64,000 bases of DNA from Vairimorpha necatrix (lineage: Eukaryota): contig CP142731.1 of the NCBI GenBank assembly GCA_036630325.1, positions 62,001-126,000 on the forward strand, in the 5' to 3' direction. The notes below the pieces were generated by a model. That model saw only the letters and a list, made by a program, of their open reading frames with translations, had not been told where the DNA came from and searched no databases. Below are positions 36,322-50,700 of this stretch, piece after piece (position 1 is the first letter of the stretch; the number at the start of each line of letters is the position of its first letter). A program made the position numbers and the translations under genes.

Positions 36322-39300
36322 GAATTGAATTTAAAGAGTTAATTTATCATTAAGATTAGATATTCATAGACCAGCTTTCCCCGGTATCGCTCATAATATT
36401 CAGCTCTTCATAGACTTTGGTTTTTGTTGGATTTATTTATGTTTTTCAACTCCAAATTTTTAGCTTCATTCTCCTTTGCTGACACCACTTCTTCAACAGT
36501 CGCCGTATTCTCTAGTGCTCTTACAGCTCTAACCACTTCATCTTTTTTAATATCCTCCTGATCGTATCCTCGTCGTCATTCCAAAAATATGGACTCTAGA
36601 GCTTTCTTTACAATAACTAGATATATATATATATATATATATATTCAAGATAAAATGTGTTTTCCAGCTCCTTAATGGACATTTTGTGATATTTAATCAC
36701 TTCTACGTCTTATGTAATTTCATAGGGAACTATTCTTGTTTTTGATTTATGTATAGTCCTATTAATTTGCAAAAGGGTCATATTTTCTTAGTTTTTCCTT
36801 TTAAACTATAGTAAGTCGATCCTGGTTGGTTTTACCAACTTCAACTAAAAAAAATCCTTTTTTCTTCTTGTCAAACACAAGAATATCAGGCTTATTATGG
36901 GTCACCTATATATTAAAGGATATTCTCGTGTCCTCTTATTTTTAAACGATATTTTTCCGTGATATCTTGTACTGAGTGTACACGTATTTTCTTTGTCTTC
37001 TTAAACCCATATTTATAACATAGTAGGAGATGAATACATCTAACTACCTTGTTGTGTCTTTTCATATAATCAAAAGAAAACATATGATCACACTTGGTAG
37101 CTAAATAATCTACGGTCTTCCTATGAGATCCACAATGGGGAAATTGTCTTTCTTGTCCACAGAAGATATTTCTATCCTGCAGGAAGCAGTAAATTGCTTC
37201 GGATCTAGGCTGATTGTTTCCTTTAACCAGCCAGGTAGAAAAGTCCCTAATGCACACTAAATCATTGTCCCTATCTTTAAACAATTTTCCATGGTTTGTC
37301 ATTATGTAATTTTGTTGTAAAGCGCTTCTTTTTTGGTCTTTCATTAGCATCTTCTGGGTTATCTCTTCTAAAAAGCCAGATAAACCCTAGATACTCGTTT
37401 ATAAACAAGTGGGATTTGCTCTCTACCTATACTTTAAGTATCGCTTCTCGTCTAGTGAGCTATTTCTAGACCCATCTAATGTTTTATAAATATTCAAAAG
37501 CATACTTTCGCTACTATCTTCGAAACTTTATAGCCTCTATTAATTTCGAATCTAAGTAAGTATAGTCTTTCCTTGCAGGCCGGCTGTAGATGTACCTGGT
37601 ACTTGATAAAAACCTGTCGGATACTTAAATCGAGACTACAAAATCTATTGGCTCTAATTTTAATAGTCCTACATGATATTTTATTACTGATATTGCATGC
37701 TTTTTTCTAAATTGAAATATATTCTTAACATTTAACTAAGTCTTGCACAGTTTTTCAACTCTCTGTAGGACATAATTTCTTACTTTTTCAAAATCTCTCT
37801 TTTACAGCACTAGAGGCATCCTCTGTTATTCCAAGTTATTTGTATCCTTGATGCCCTTCTAGTACTACTGCATCTTCACTACAATCACTACAGTTAGTTG
37901 CAGACTTACTTCTGTTCATTTCTAAACCTACAGATGAGAAAACCTTTTTAGTTTCCTCATTCATCAGTTTTAAAACGACATCGTTCTCTTGAGGTCTTTA
38001 TATCATCAATAAATAGAAGATGGGTTGTTACATAAACACTTTCGTGAGTCTGTATTCCTACTTTTGGGTAAGTTGAATTCAGTTTCCTTCTCAACGGGTC
38101 CATACATAGTACAAACAAAAGCGGCGACAAGGAATCACCTTGTAGTATGCCCCTTTCAATCTTCTTATTCAGTATCGTTTCCGATCCTGATTTTATCTCA
38201 TTTGCCAAATTTTAACAGTGACTTCTAAGAATTTACTTATCTATTGCGAAGGATTTAACTTGCTAATGGACGTTAATAGATAAGAACGGTCTACGGAGTC
38301 GTAGGCTTTCTTTACATCTATCAAAATGGTCTTCAGCTTGTTTCCATGCTCCTTGTTGACTGCTATATTAATCAAACCTTGTTCTTTTGCTCCTTGGACT
38401 TGTCTAACTGTCACAAGTTGGTTCTCTGCTAGTAGCCCTATACTTTCTACAATTAGCTGCATTACTTTCGTAGTGCATTTCGTTGTAAGCTTGTAGAGGT
38501 TCGACACACAGGTAATAGCCCTGAAGTTGTTACGCTAGTGGGGTATCTATGGGCATTAAATATGTAATTCCCTTGTAGAACTAAGCTTCGGGCTCTTTCC
38601 CATCCAGGAATACTTCCTTAACAATCTTGTAAAGGTATGAGCGTAAAGCTTCACACTTCTTAATAAAGAAATTGAAGATTCCATCACAGCATGCAGCCTT
38701 CCAATTTGGTAAATATTTTATAATATCCATAACTTCTTGCAATTTGCGAAGTGATCTGATCTTGGCTATCAGAGATATTTAAAGAAGATACTCAAAGAAA
38801 CTATTGCATTCTTAGGATTGCTTTTTCGTATTGCACATGGTAGACCAGAATGAAGTAATATCTTCTTCGCTTACATTCTGAGTAGTTTCATTGGCACACT
38901 TGAGTTTCTTTAGGATTTGTTTCTATATAGCTCAAAATGGTGATTTTTACGCCTATGCTCTAAGCGTCGATCTGCGACATCTAGCTCCTTAAGTATATGG
39001 CTTTCCTCTCGTTGAGCATAACAATGCTTCAGAAGTACCTCGGTGTAAACATGTCGCATCTTGAGTTAACGCATTATCTTTTTTCGTCAAGCTTTTTCTC
39101 ATTTGAGAGTTTATCAAAAGCCCTGGCCTTTTTGGTAAGCACTACCTTGTCTTCAGTCTCAGTAATTTTTCTTCATGATACTTTCTTTCCAAGACGAGTG
39201 TTTGGCTTCATACTCGCCATTTCATGATAGTAGATCTGTGCAGATTTCAGTATCCTTGCAATCTCTGTCATGTATGGGGGATGGAATTTAACGTGGTTAT

Positions 39301-39860
39301 CTACCGCCTTAACTGTTGCATCAAGTTTTAACAGATCGACCTTGAGGGGGAAATCTCTTCGTTCTTTTTTTCTGTCACACATGTGTTCTAGATATAACTA
39401 AGTTTCTCCAGGAATAATTTTTGTGCTTTTAGGAAAAGCTTGGTTTCGAAGCCAGTTTAAACCTTTTTTCTTTTAATAATATTCATTTTAAATTAACGAG
39501 CCGTCATTTGTCTACCACTATTAATAGTGGCGTTTTCTTGCTTTGCCCTTGAATTCTAGTGAAATTAAGTTAGACCAAAATTTTTTCACAGAAGAACCCG
39601 ATAAGCTTAATTCAACCTTCCTCTTGGCATTATACCAAATATATATATGATTGATAGATATACTCTTCGAGGCCACTCTTCTTCACTCGCTTCGGTACTC
39701 ATAAGTACTGCTGCAAGATCTCAGAGATGGAATGAGTGGGCACACTAGTGTGTTCTGACCCCTGTTCTTTGTCTCCTGTGTCTAATTTGTCCCCATTTGC
39801 TTCAGAGTTTGTTTTGTATTTTTGTTGGTTTTACCCCGCTTATCTTTACCCTCATTTTTA
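36322..39860 (-). mobile_element. Near full-length decayed RLE-type non-LTR retrotransposon (~3.5 kb), same family as 13299-15222
   Basis: FYKGITYLMP..FRAITC, IDVKKAYDSVD, GILQGDSLSPLLF, HLLFIDD, zinc knuckle/RHN and PDILVFD; many frameshifts; 5' boundary approximate. Confidence 0.92.
36621..36644. repeat. (AT)12 microsatellite inside the retroelement
   Basis: Directly visible; absent at the homologous position (~14915-14925) of the other copy. Confidence 0.9.
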
Positions 39861-41806
39861 TAAACTTAATACTAACATAAATATATAAAGCCGTGGAATT
39901 TCATTACACAATATTTTTTTTTTGTCTTAATAAAACATTAATATTTTATCGGGTATCTTAATTTTTATGTATTAACTTCCTATAAAGCATTTGTATAGAT
40001 CTTTGGTATTGCAATATTATAGTGTATGCAAAAAAAAATCTTTTGCCACTAAAGTTGTAAAATGTTTCATAAATATGGTTCAGGTTAAAACTTAAAATAT
40101 TTTTGAGTAAAAATCTAAACAAATATCTAAAGATTACTTAATATAATGGATTTCTATAAATAATGAATGAGATTCTATAAAATGTGCAAACTCAAGGTTA
40201 ATGACAAACTACTTGAGTTAAATAAAATTTAGCAATACTCAAAAAATTATTATAGAATTATACATAAAGCATAATTACAGTGTTAAATCAGGATATTATC
40301 ATATTCAAGATTAAAAGAATTGTTAATACTAAAAATTTCAATCCTGGGTTAATAATCATAATCAGAACGGTTTTAGAAACAGATGCTTAATTCATGCTAT
40401 TGTAAACAATCGACGTATATTTTTCTGTACTATTTTACCTCAAAATTGTTTTTATTTGATTCTCATGTATATGAATGTTTATGAATAAATTTACAGCTAT
40501 AACTGTACTTCAAACTTAAATATGAACCTTCCGTAAATTTCATTATATTAAGCTAGTTGCATCTATTATATACAATTTTGTATTTCTACACACAAATCCA
40601 AACATTATTTCCAACACTAGATCTTTACATGTAGATTTCATGTTAGTACATGTACTTAATACAAATTTCATCACAGCACAAATATAAAATTTTATATATG
40701 TTTTCCTCATATGATATATTTGTACATATTTGTAAAATCTTTAAATTTTATTTTTGTGTTAAAGTCGGCGATCACACCCTAAAAAATAATTTAAAATTAT
40801 AAAGCTTATCCTTGTGCGAGAACCTCTAAAATTCAATATAATTTTAAGTTATTTATAATGATGCCGCTAAAAAAGAACTTTAAAGAAAATTTTTACGGAA
40901 ATGTTACAGTTTGAGATATATTATAAATATTGACACAATATTTTTATAACCAATGGCTTTGGTATAACTTACAAGCTAAAATGACATATGAAAGATTTAT
41001 TGATACAAATAAAACTCTTTTTCAATAATTCAATTTTATGTCTAAAAATATTGTTTTTTTGCATTTATGGAAGTTCTACTTTTCTAAACAGCATATATTT
41101 TCCTATTAATTAACTGTTACGCTATACTTAATACTACAAAAAAAACGTATATTTCATAAATTCTTATCAAAGGTTAAAAATAATTTAAGTTTTATTTAAA
41201 ATGGCTAAACTTTACAATAATTTTTTTTGAATATATAACTATTAATTTGACGTCATAAATAATAATTGATTGCGTGTCGTTGACATTCTTTAGGGTAAAA
41301 GTAAAAAATTCTTATTTATTAAATTTTGAAACAAAAAAAACATTACTGTTAATAATAAAATATGCTCTTGTATAGTTTTTTCATAAATTCAAATTATCAC
41401 AAAAAAAACTATACCTACTTAAAAATTATATATAGATATAATTCGTTTACTTTCGTTATCAATAAAGTTATAGTTCAAGCTTATTAATCAAATATAATCA
41501 TGCAAAAATTAGTAAAATATAAAAGTATTAAAACTCTTGGTAATTGATAAAAACGATTAAATCTGCATGTACGAATAAGTCCAGAAAGCTAAGTAAAGAC
41601 TATAGGACTAATTTTACATCTTGTATTTTGTAAATTCAAGATAAATAATGAAAATTATATTTCTTATTTACCTACAAGAAAGAAATCTATATACAAAATG
41701 TTATTATTACAATTAGCAAAAGCATTTTGTAATGTTAATGCGTCAACTTATATAAATGGCATAAAATTTTATAAAATGCTAAGCAAACAAAAAAAAATAC
41801 AGTTAA

Positions 41807-42538
41807 TCATACTTTATATAAATATTGTTCATCCTCATTCTGATATTCGGTAGTTTTGTTTTTTTTATCGTTAGAATACATTTGTTCAGAATACAACTGT
41901 GTGATATACCAATCGCATGATGAATTTATTCTGATATCAATATACCCATAAACAAGATTTTTAAGTTTTTCAATTTCTTTTGGGTTTGTAAATGAAGTAA
42001 AGAAACTCAAGTCAAATATCAAATCATAACTATGATAAGCTAATATTTCGAAAAGATGACCAATTTGTCTTAATCTTCTTTTCGTCGGTTGTTTAAGCAA
42101 GAATTTAGTTGTAAATACTTTAAAATAATATCTCAAGTCATTAATAAGTTCATTTGTGTCTTCAATTATAGATATAATGTTTATCACATCCTCATGCGAC
42201 ATCAAAGCATCAAATACCAAGTCTGAAGCTTTCGTTATTTTTTTCCAATTAATTTCATTATAAAGAATTTTTTTTGGTTTAAACTCGAAGTGTTCTGGAC
42301 AGTTTCTGATCTCTCGTTCAAAATCATTATTATAAAATGATTTAAAATAATTAACAGACTCAGAATTGTAAGTAGCATTAAAGGGTGTTGTCATATAATT
42401 TTGATCAAAATTATCCTTGATATACATCAATTCACTGTTGTTAAATGGCATGTTCGTCGCTTCTAGAGATCTTTTATATAACTGATGAAAATCCATTCTT
42501 GATGTATTTACTGAAAATATCATAATAACAAACAACAT
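41807..42538 (-). CDS. Hypothetical protein with putative signal peptide (243 aa)
   Basis: agCCCtaaATG start; MLFVIMIFSVNTS; no recognisable domain. Confidence 0.8.
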   Translation of the reverse strand: MLFVIMIFSVNTSRMDFHQLYKRSLEATNMPFNNSELMYIKDNFDQNYMTTPFNATYNSESVNYFKSFYNNDFEREIRNCPEHFEFKPKKILYNEINWKKITKASDLVFDALMSHEDVINIISIIEDTNELINDLRYYFKVFTTKFLLKQPTKRRLRQIGHLFEILAYHSYDLIFDLSFFTSFTNPKEIEKLKNLVYGYIDIRINSSCDWYITQLYSEQMYSNDKKNKTTEYQNEDEQYLYKV

Positions 42539-43408
42539 TTAGGGCTTAAATAAAACAAAAAATTATGTTAAAAAGTTTTATTATTATTTAACTTTTTACA
42601 TTTTAAAAATTTGTTATATAAATCAAATGACAATTTGCTTTATAACAATATTATTTGAAAACATATACGTCATAAGTAAAAATTCAAATTCTTACGTTGT
42701 GTTATTCCTTGAAAAAATTAAATTGAAAACAAAATCTTTTCGTGAAATCTGAAAATTGAAAATACATAAATATGATTTATATGATGAATTAATGAAAACA
42801 GGTCCTGGCAAAATTGAATCTTAATAATAAAACATAAAAAGTATAGAAAATTGTCATATATATATTAATGCAATTTCAATATTTTTATACAAGGTGTTAT
42901 TATACAATAGATTTTTACAGCTTAAAAATCTAATCTTAAAACAAAATATTAAAATTCTTTAAAATTTTAACATCTATCAAACCTGTATTAAACAATATTA
43001 TAATATAACACGAGTATTTGAGTTATAATAGAAAATATGTGTTTATATAAAAAATAATTAAACGTTAATATTCTCATGTTTTGTATTTAATGAAAATCAT
43101 GATAATTTTATGAATTTAAAAAAAAAATTTCTTTTTTAATGTGTTAGGAATTTTAAAAAAAAATTGAATATTTTAAACTATAAAACACACAAAAAAAGTA
43201 TTGACGCAATAAATAATAAAAAAATTCACTTGTATGGCAAGAGTTCAATGATAAATTATAACCTTTCGGCTTAGTGTATTATGATATACATAACAAATTA
43301 ATATAAAGTAATTATACAAGGATATAAAACGTATTTTTAAATTGCCCAACTTTATATGCACTTTATAATAAGGTTCTATATATATTTTAATACAACTTAC
43401 CATATTTT

Positions 43409-44723
43409 GGAGCTTTTTCACTTTATGCCCCCCCCTACATATATAAAAACAAATTTTTAAAAAATATCCCTTTTTTTAGAAAATCAAAATGGAAAAAAAA
43501 AGGAGGAGAAAAAAAAATTAAAAAAAGTACTTAAAAATAATCTAATATACAAAAATAAATAGATGAATCATATCAATTTTATTATACAAATATAAATTTA
43601 ACTCTATATGTCATCATACGGTCCAAATTTTTTACTTACTATTTTAATTATCATAAATAATAATAAGTAATGAAACCATACAATAAATTCATTTATTTGA
43701 ACTTATTACAACGATATATAAATTAAAATGACGATGTAGTTTTCTTTGTAGCAATTTTAAAAAATTTAATTTTAGTGCCCCCTTTTTATGCTTACTAACG
43801 AAGAAATAAATAAAACATACGAAGAAATTATTTATAAACTTCTTCAAGTAAAATGTTTCAAATGCGGGAAAGAAGTTAGGAGGAGACAGCAAAGGGGTTA
43901 CAATGTCAGATGCATTGGTAAAAAGTGCAAAAAAGAGAGGTGCCTTTTTGCAAATACCATATTTGCAAAAACCCATTTGGATCATATACTTATGTTAAAG
44001 ATCCTGAACCTCTGGCTGACAAAAATCCCTCCTCTACTAATCGCCAAGTTGTTATATATTTCCCCATGTGTTGTATCGAGGTGCCTAAAACAGTTTTGTT
44101 TGGACGAGGCTTACCATAAATACATGGAAAGTGCAAGAGAGACACTGGGCGGTAAGGATACAATCGTAGAAGTAGACGAAAGCAAATTTGGAAAACGTAA
44201 ATACAACGTTGGACACAAAGTAGACGGTGTGTGGGTTTTTGGGATGGTCGAACGGACTAAAGAAAGAAAAATTTTGTTAATTCCTGTACCTAATAGAACT
44301 AAAAATATCCTATTAAATCTTATTGCCACATTTATTAATAATCAATCTACTGTTTATTCTGATATGTGGAAAGGATATTCAAAAATGAACCAGATAATGG
44401 CAAGCCACATAACTGTTAACCATAGCAAATGGTTTAAAGATCCCATTACAGGTGTGCACACTAACACCATAGAAGGGAATTGGTCAGCTATAAAACGCCA
44501 AACGCCGATAAGATGTAGAACTACTTGTTTAATATATCCCTATTTGTTAAGATTTATGTTGCTTAGAAACTTTAAAGACAATTATTTTGATGTTTTAATA
44601 AATTTATTATTTTAAGTATTTCTCCTCCTTTTTTTCCATTTTGATTTTCTAAAAAAAGGGATATTTTTTAAAAATTTGTATTTATATATGTAGGGGGGGG
44701 GGGGCATAAAGTGAAAATTGGCC
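43409..44723 (+). mobile_element. Merlin (IS1595/IS1016-like) DNA transposon, ~1.3 kb, with ~100-bp TIRs
   Basis: Inverted repeats ~43409-43510 and ~44617-44723 (GG..ttttcactttatgccc..tacatatataaa..tagaaaatcaaaatggaaaa..ggaggagaaa) flank a transposase ORF. Confidence 0.92.
43788..44615 (+). CDS. Merlin/ISXO2-like DDE transposase, intact (275 aa)
   Basis: N-terminal Cys cluster (CFKC..C..C); VEVDESKFGKRKYNVG, VYSDMWKGY and VNHS..F.DP.TGVHTNTIEGNW. Confidence 0.95.
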   Translation: MLTNEEINKTYEEIIYKLLQVKCFKCGKEVRRRQQRGYNVRCIGKKCKKERCLFANTIFAKTHLDHILMLKILNLWLTKIPPLLIAKLLYISPCVVSRCLKQFCLDEAYHKYMESARETLGGKDTIVEVDESKFGKRKYNVGHKVDGVWVFGMVERTKERKILLIPVPNRTKNILLNLIATFINNQSTVYSDMWKGYSKMNQIMASHITVNHSKWFKDPITGVHTNTIEGNWSAIKRQTPIRCRTTCLIYPYLLRFMLLRNFKDNYFDVLINLLF

Positions 44724-47180
44724 GAATTGTATAAAACAAAATACAATAACTTAAAACATAGATATAAACATGTCATTTTGAAAAATAACAGTTGAAAATG
44801 TTTAAAATTTTTATAACGTGAATTAAATTTTGGTATTACATCTTGATACCTATTGTATCTGTAACCTCTCATTTGTTTTACTGTTTGATCATGTTTGTAT
44901 GACGTTTGCATTTTGATCAGTTATAAAAATAAATGATATTTCATAAGAGAATGGCATTTTTGTTAAAATTTTAATGTATATACTTTGCATGCTCATAAAA
45001 AAATTATGTATAAGACCAAAATATATTATTTTATAATGACTAAATTTTTTTATAAAAGGTGAGATAAATAACGGGATTGTACGATACTATCTCAACTAAA
45101 CAGTAAACATATGTCATACAAGTGTAACGATTCAAAGTCTTTATTTGTATTGGTTTTAGTTATTGTGACATAGTTTTTTCATATCAAAGTGTACTATACA
45201 TTTTTGCATATATCCTTATTTAATTGCCTAAGTTTTCATAGGCATGTTTCTGTACAATGTTATGTAAATTTTTGTATTATTGCTGAAATTATGATTTCAA
45301 ATTAGGATTATGTGTACAATGGTATGAACGTTTACATGTGCTGCATAGTTTTTATGCAAATAAAACTAAAGTTTTGTTTCAACCTTTACTTTAAACCTTC
45401 TGAAAAAAAAAATTTGCTAAAATTACATTCTTACTAAAATACTTCTTCTTGCGACTATTATATATTGTATTCTGCTGTTATAATCTTTTCCTGAAGATAA
45501 TGTTTTGATGTTTTTATAAACTTCTTAAGCGTTTGCAAATATTTTATGTATAGAAATCATAAATATAACAAATGATAAAGATAGTGAAACTTTATTTTAT
45601 GACTAATTATGCTATTTTTTGATTTCATTACTTATGATGTAGTAAAGAAAATAATATAGTGCAGTTATAAATTACGAATCTAAACAAATAAATCGTAGTG
45701 AAAGTAACTTTTAAAAACTAAATATTAATTAAAACACTTAACTAATATAATGTAAAAATAAAGATTTCAATAAGATTATACTTTAAATTTAAACAAATAT
45801 TTTAGATTACATGAAATTTAAATTTGTGAAACATGCACATAAGGAAAATGTTAAGTTTTAAAAAAATTAAAAATTGTAGAACCCACATCTATATGTGTAT
45901 TTTTTTGAACTCAGATTTATTTAAATTTTTTTTGTTTGATTTATGCATAAATGCACTTTGCTAAAACTTTAAATAATTAGTTTTTTATGATTAATCAAAC
46001 CAAGATCTTTTTCCATTTAATGTAATATGAAGCTTATCATGAAAATATGTTACTGATTTAAATTTAACTTTAAAAAATATAATTTTAATGTATGAAAAAA
46101 TTCTCAATATTATTTTCTAGAATTTAATTTTAATAAGTTTCGATATTAAATCTCTTTTAAAATAAAACAGAACGAATATATATATACTCAATTATGAAAA
46201 AACCTGAATGTAATATATTATTTATACCATATAATTTTATATTACAACCACAACTTGGTATTTTTATAAGTTTTTTCAAGGTAATCCACAAAATTTTTTA
46301 TTTGTAATAATTTTATATGCAGAAATATGTTCATATACGATAATAAATAATTAAACTCTTATCTAAAAACATAAAAGTCTATTTTTCGACCTAATTTTAG
46401 TTTTATTTATAAAATATATATAAATTTTTAATCTTAAACCTCAAATTAATACTATTTTTGAATTTGATTCATTTGTTGTAAGTATTATGATTTTTTAATA
46501 GATTAAACATTTACAGGTTTATTCTTTAATATTCGACATATAATTCTTATAATTTCTTATTTTTTTTTTCATGTTAATAAAATCAAAAGTGTTTGTTTAC
46601 ATATAAATTAAATTTTAATTGTGCAATTATATCATTTCAGCCCAGAAAACATCAAAAATACATTTTTTAAGTATGAGAATATTTTCATAGAGATTATACT
46701 CAATAAAACCATCAATAAAATATTATATAGATTGAATGAATATATCAAGAAATTATTTTAAAAATAAAAAACCTAATGTTTTAAGAGATACATAATTTTA
46801 ATTGTGTATTTATGATATTAACATTTGGAAGTTTGTTTGAGATATTATATTCGAATTAATTTTTGAAAATCCATAATTCACGAATAATAATAAATTACTT
46901 AATATGTTATAAGAAATTAATTTTTTAAAACGAGACTTATGTTGTTTAATCAGCTGCTGAGGTTTAGATTTTGTAAAATAGTTTTGTGGATGTGTTTATG
47001 TCAATGGAATTTTAATTTTTTACTTAAATTGACAAAAACATTTATTATAAAAAGAAAAATTGAGCTTTTAAGTATTGATTTTTATTATAAGAAATATTAA
47101 TTTTTGATCGTTTTATATTTTTATATCAAAACTTGTTTTTAATTACGCATCATTTTATAATTTATTTATTTTTGACCCCA

Positions 47181-47762
47181 ATGTTAAGAAGAATATTTTT
47201 GAACTTTTTCTGTGCCTATTGCGAATTGACATTGTTTATAAATATCAAGCAAAATTATTATTGTGACGCCTACATTGGTGTTTATGATGACTCTCATTTT
47301 CCATGTAACTGTAAAATTTTTTTATCTAAAGGTGCTGGTCTGCTGTATAATAAAATTTACGCTCAAAATGATCTTAAAAATATTATTGATTCGGTTTTAA
47401 ATGATGGACTATCTTTAAAGCAGGTTGATAAAAATGAACATGAAAGAATAAAAAGTATCACACACTTAATTACTGATGATGAAATTCGAATTAATTTTTT
47501 GAAGAGTGAATTTTTTTATAAGTGTAGCTTTAGTTTGATTGAATATAGAAATTTTTTCTTTGAAATTATTTTTTATAACGAAAAAAAAAGTACTATTTCT
47601 TGGGCGTCTACTAAATTATTTCAGTTTAAGAAAAACATTGTTTATAGTAAACTAGATTTATATTGTGAGAAAAGTTTGAGCATAAAAGCTTCGGATTTAT
47701 ATATATTTATTGATAGTTTAAAACTTAAAAGTGAATCAGACGTTTTTAAACTCAATTATTAA
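47181..47762 (+). CDS. Hypothetical protein, possible signal peptide (~193 aa)
   Basis: Start revised to the ATG at 47181 (gaCCCCaATG); MLRRIFLNFFCAYCELTLF. Confidence 0.72.
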   Translation: MLRRIFLNFFCAYCELTLFINIKQNYYCDAYIGVYDDSHFPCNCKIFLSKGAGLLYNKIYAQNDLKNIIDSVLNDGLSLKQVDKNEHERIKSITHLITDDEIRINFLKSEFFYKCSFSLIEYRNFFFEIIFYNEKKSTISWASTKLFQFKKNIVYSKLDLYCEKSLSIKASDLYIFIDSLKLKSESDVFKLNY

Positions 47763-50700
47763 ATATCAGATAATACCAAAAAATAAAATTATTATTTACT
47801 ATAAAAATAACTAGACAAAAAAATTAATAAAACATTAAAATAATTAGACATAAAAATCTATAACTAGTAAACCGATTGTTTTTATAAATATACCATAATT
47901 TCTCCAAAATTTGTTATCATTGCAATCAAAATAAGTAAGAATACAAAAAAAAAGTTTTTTAACAAAAATCAATCCATAAACTAGAATTCGTTTGTATTCC
48001 CGCACAAACAAACAAAATACTTTTTCCTGTTCTGTATTTTCACAGATTTTTTACTTTTCCGTAATTTTAGTGTTATTTTGTGATATGATCACTAACAACA
48101 ATTCTAAATTTATACCGATTTCTTGTTAACGTGAAATCAACAAGCACGTACAATTTAGAACATTTTAGTTATAAATTCGTTCTTGAAAAAAAATCAGATA
48201 AATTAACGCAGTTTATGTTTTAATTGTTGCATTTTACACTTCATTAAAATTCTTTGAGTATCTATTTATAATTATTAGGGGGATGTTTTGTTATAATTCT
48301 TGTTTTTAAATAAGAAGTTTTAAATCAAGCGAAAATATATTGTTTAAATGTTCGCTAACAAAATTCTTAGGTCTTCATTCGATTTTTAAGTATATATATT
48401 GTTATCGAAAATATTCGACTTGTTTTGTTCCGTGTACAAACAAGTTGATGAATTATCATTAAAATAGAAGATACAAAAAAAAACAATTGATAAATAAATG
48501 ACTTTTTGTTTTCGGGTGTTATTTATTTTAACTAGTTTTTAGCTATATAGGTAATATTATCTTTCAAACTTTTAATGCTAATTACTTCCCTTAATATATG
48601 ACATCCTGTTAATTAAATAATTAATTATGCACTACTCATTTAGGTTTCATGTGAAAATGTGCTTCTACAGTATAAATTATCAAATAAAAAACTTTCATAT
48701 TTTAACTTTTTATATAGATAAATATTAATAATAATTGAGTTTCAAAAAAATTTGTAGACAATTTCTATACACCTTTAAAAGCAAGATTTTTATGCCCCAA
48801 GTCTCCTTTAAAAACATGTTACTAACTAAATAGAACAATATATAATTATACAAGATGTTAAAAAAAATTCATCTAAATTTTTATATATAGAATTAAAAAA
48901 ACAAGTAAGATTAATAATATATCTTAGTACAAAAGAATAGTAAAAATGAATCTATTAGTCGTTGCAGTTTGAACAACTAAGTAATATATTAAAATTGTTT
49001 AGTGAAGACCATATTAATATCCAACTATCATTAGAATAAATGTAAAGTTTCGGCCAAAATTCTCAAATAAACTATACTGCCAATTGTATAATTTATCTAT
49101 TATTTTAAACATCAGAAACATATATAAATATGACAAAAAATAAATTTTTTTTAATATAAGAAATCTTTATAAAAAAAGAACGAGCTTAGCCTTTAAAAAT
49201 TATAGAATTGTTAATCGTTGCATATATATATACGAGTATATTACATAAAAAAACAATATAAAAATTTTTTTACATTAAAATGTCATATGAACTATACTGC
49301 TATCAAAGCTATATAGTTGATATATTTGTTTATTAATAATTGTTATTGTATTTTGAATTTTCACGTCACACAATAAAAATATATATATATCATATTAAGT
49401 GTTATATAGTTTAATAACAGGAATTTTAATCTAAACTCATGTTTTTATAAAAAATTTTACTTTAAATATTAATACTTTATTAAAGCACAAAAAATTCAAT
49501 AATAAGAAATGTGTCTTGCATAATTTTTCAGTTAAAATAATAGTAATGAATCTAAAACGTAATATACGCATTTGAAAAAAGCGGTATTTTTATTTTTATG
49601 AAATATAATTGCAGGAATGACTTGATCGAAAAATTAAGGATGGTATTTTATTTGAACTTATTATATAAATGACACTAGAAGAAATTTATAATAATTTTTT
49701 TAATATTTACATTTATATGATGTGTTTTTGTGTAAATAGTCAATAATATTACTTTAAGAATACATATTGTTCTAACTTAAATTTAGATCTAAAATATTTT
49801 TATTAAAAATATTAATTTATCTTTATTATGTTATTGTTGTACATTACATATTTTATTGATTAACTGTAAATAACATGCTTGCAAAATTCCACATAAAAAA
49901 GATCATAATAAATGAATGATATTAAGTGATTATTGCAAATCAAAAATTAAAAATAATTAAATGCTCTTAAAAACATTACTAAAGCTTATAATCATAAATT
50001 TGTTTATAAGCAACTAAAAAAAGTATTGAATAACTTTAGTAACTTATTGATTAAATTTTTTAAATGATCAATATCAACAATAGGAAAATTATACAAATCT
50101 GTAGAGAGCTGTAGCGTTGGAGAATACATATTATAAAATTATAATATAAAATTTACACTTTATTTGCTCTCATATACACGATGAACAAAATTGAATTATG
50201 GATTTTGAGCATATTTTCTGCCTCCCTTTATCAATATATTATGTAGTAAATTATTCCAGCCTTGTTTTTGAAAAATAGCCAAAAAAAACCAATTAATATA
50301 CATAGCGTATACATAAAATGATCCTTTGAAATTTAAAATTATAAAAATAACATAAATAATGTATGTTCGAGTGTTAAAGGTATTTTTTATAATTCATTGA
50401 CTAAAAATGTCAAAATTCCAAAAATATATGAATATATTTTATTGTGCGAATAATTCGGTTTTTAGCTTTTAAATTATTTTTATATGTAATTTTACTATCT
50501 AAACACAAATATACTTTTAGATTTTATTATTATGTTAGAAAAACAATTTTTTTTAATAAATATATTTGCATTTGAAAAAAACAAGTATTGTACTTATTCT
50601 TGTGTTCTTATTAACAATATCAAGTCATATAACGATTTTTATTACAATGATACACCAATATCTAAGAGAAAAATTATATCGATTATATAAACAATAAAAA

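Noticed and set aside
44612..44911. 99-aa minus ORF
   Set aside because: It runs through the Merlin right TIR and poly-G tract; not gene-like.
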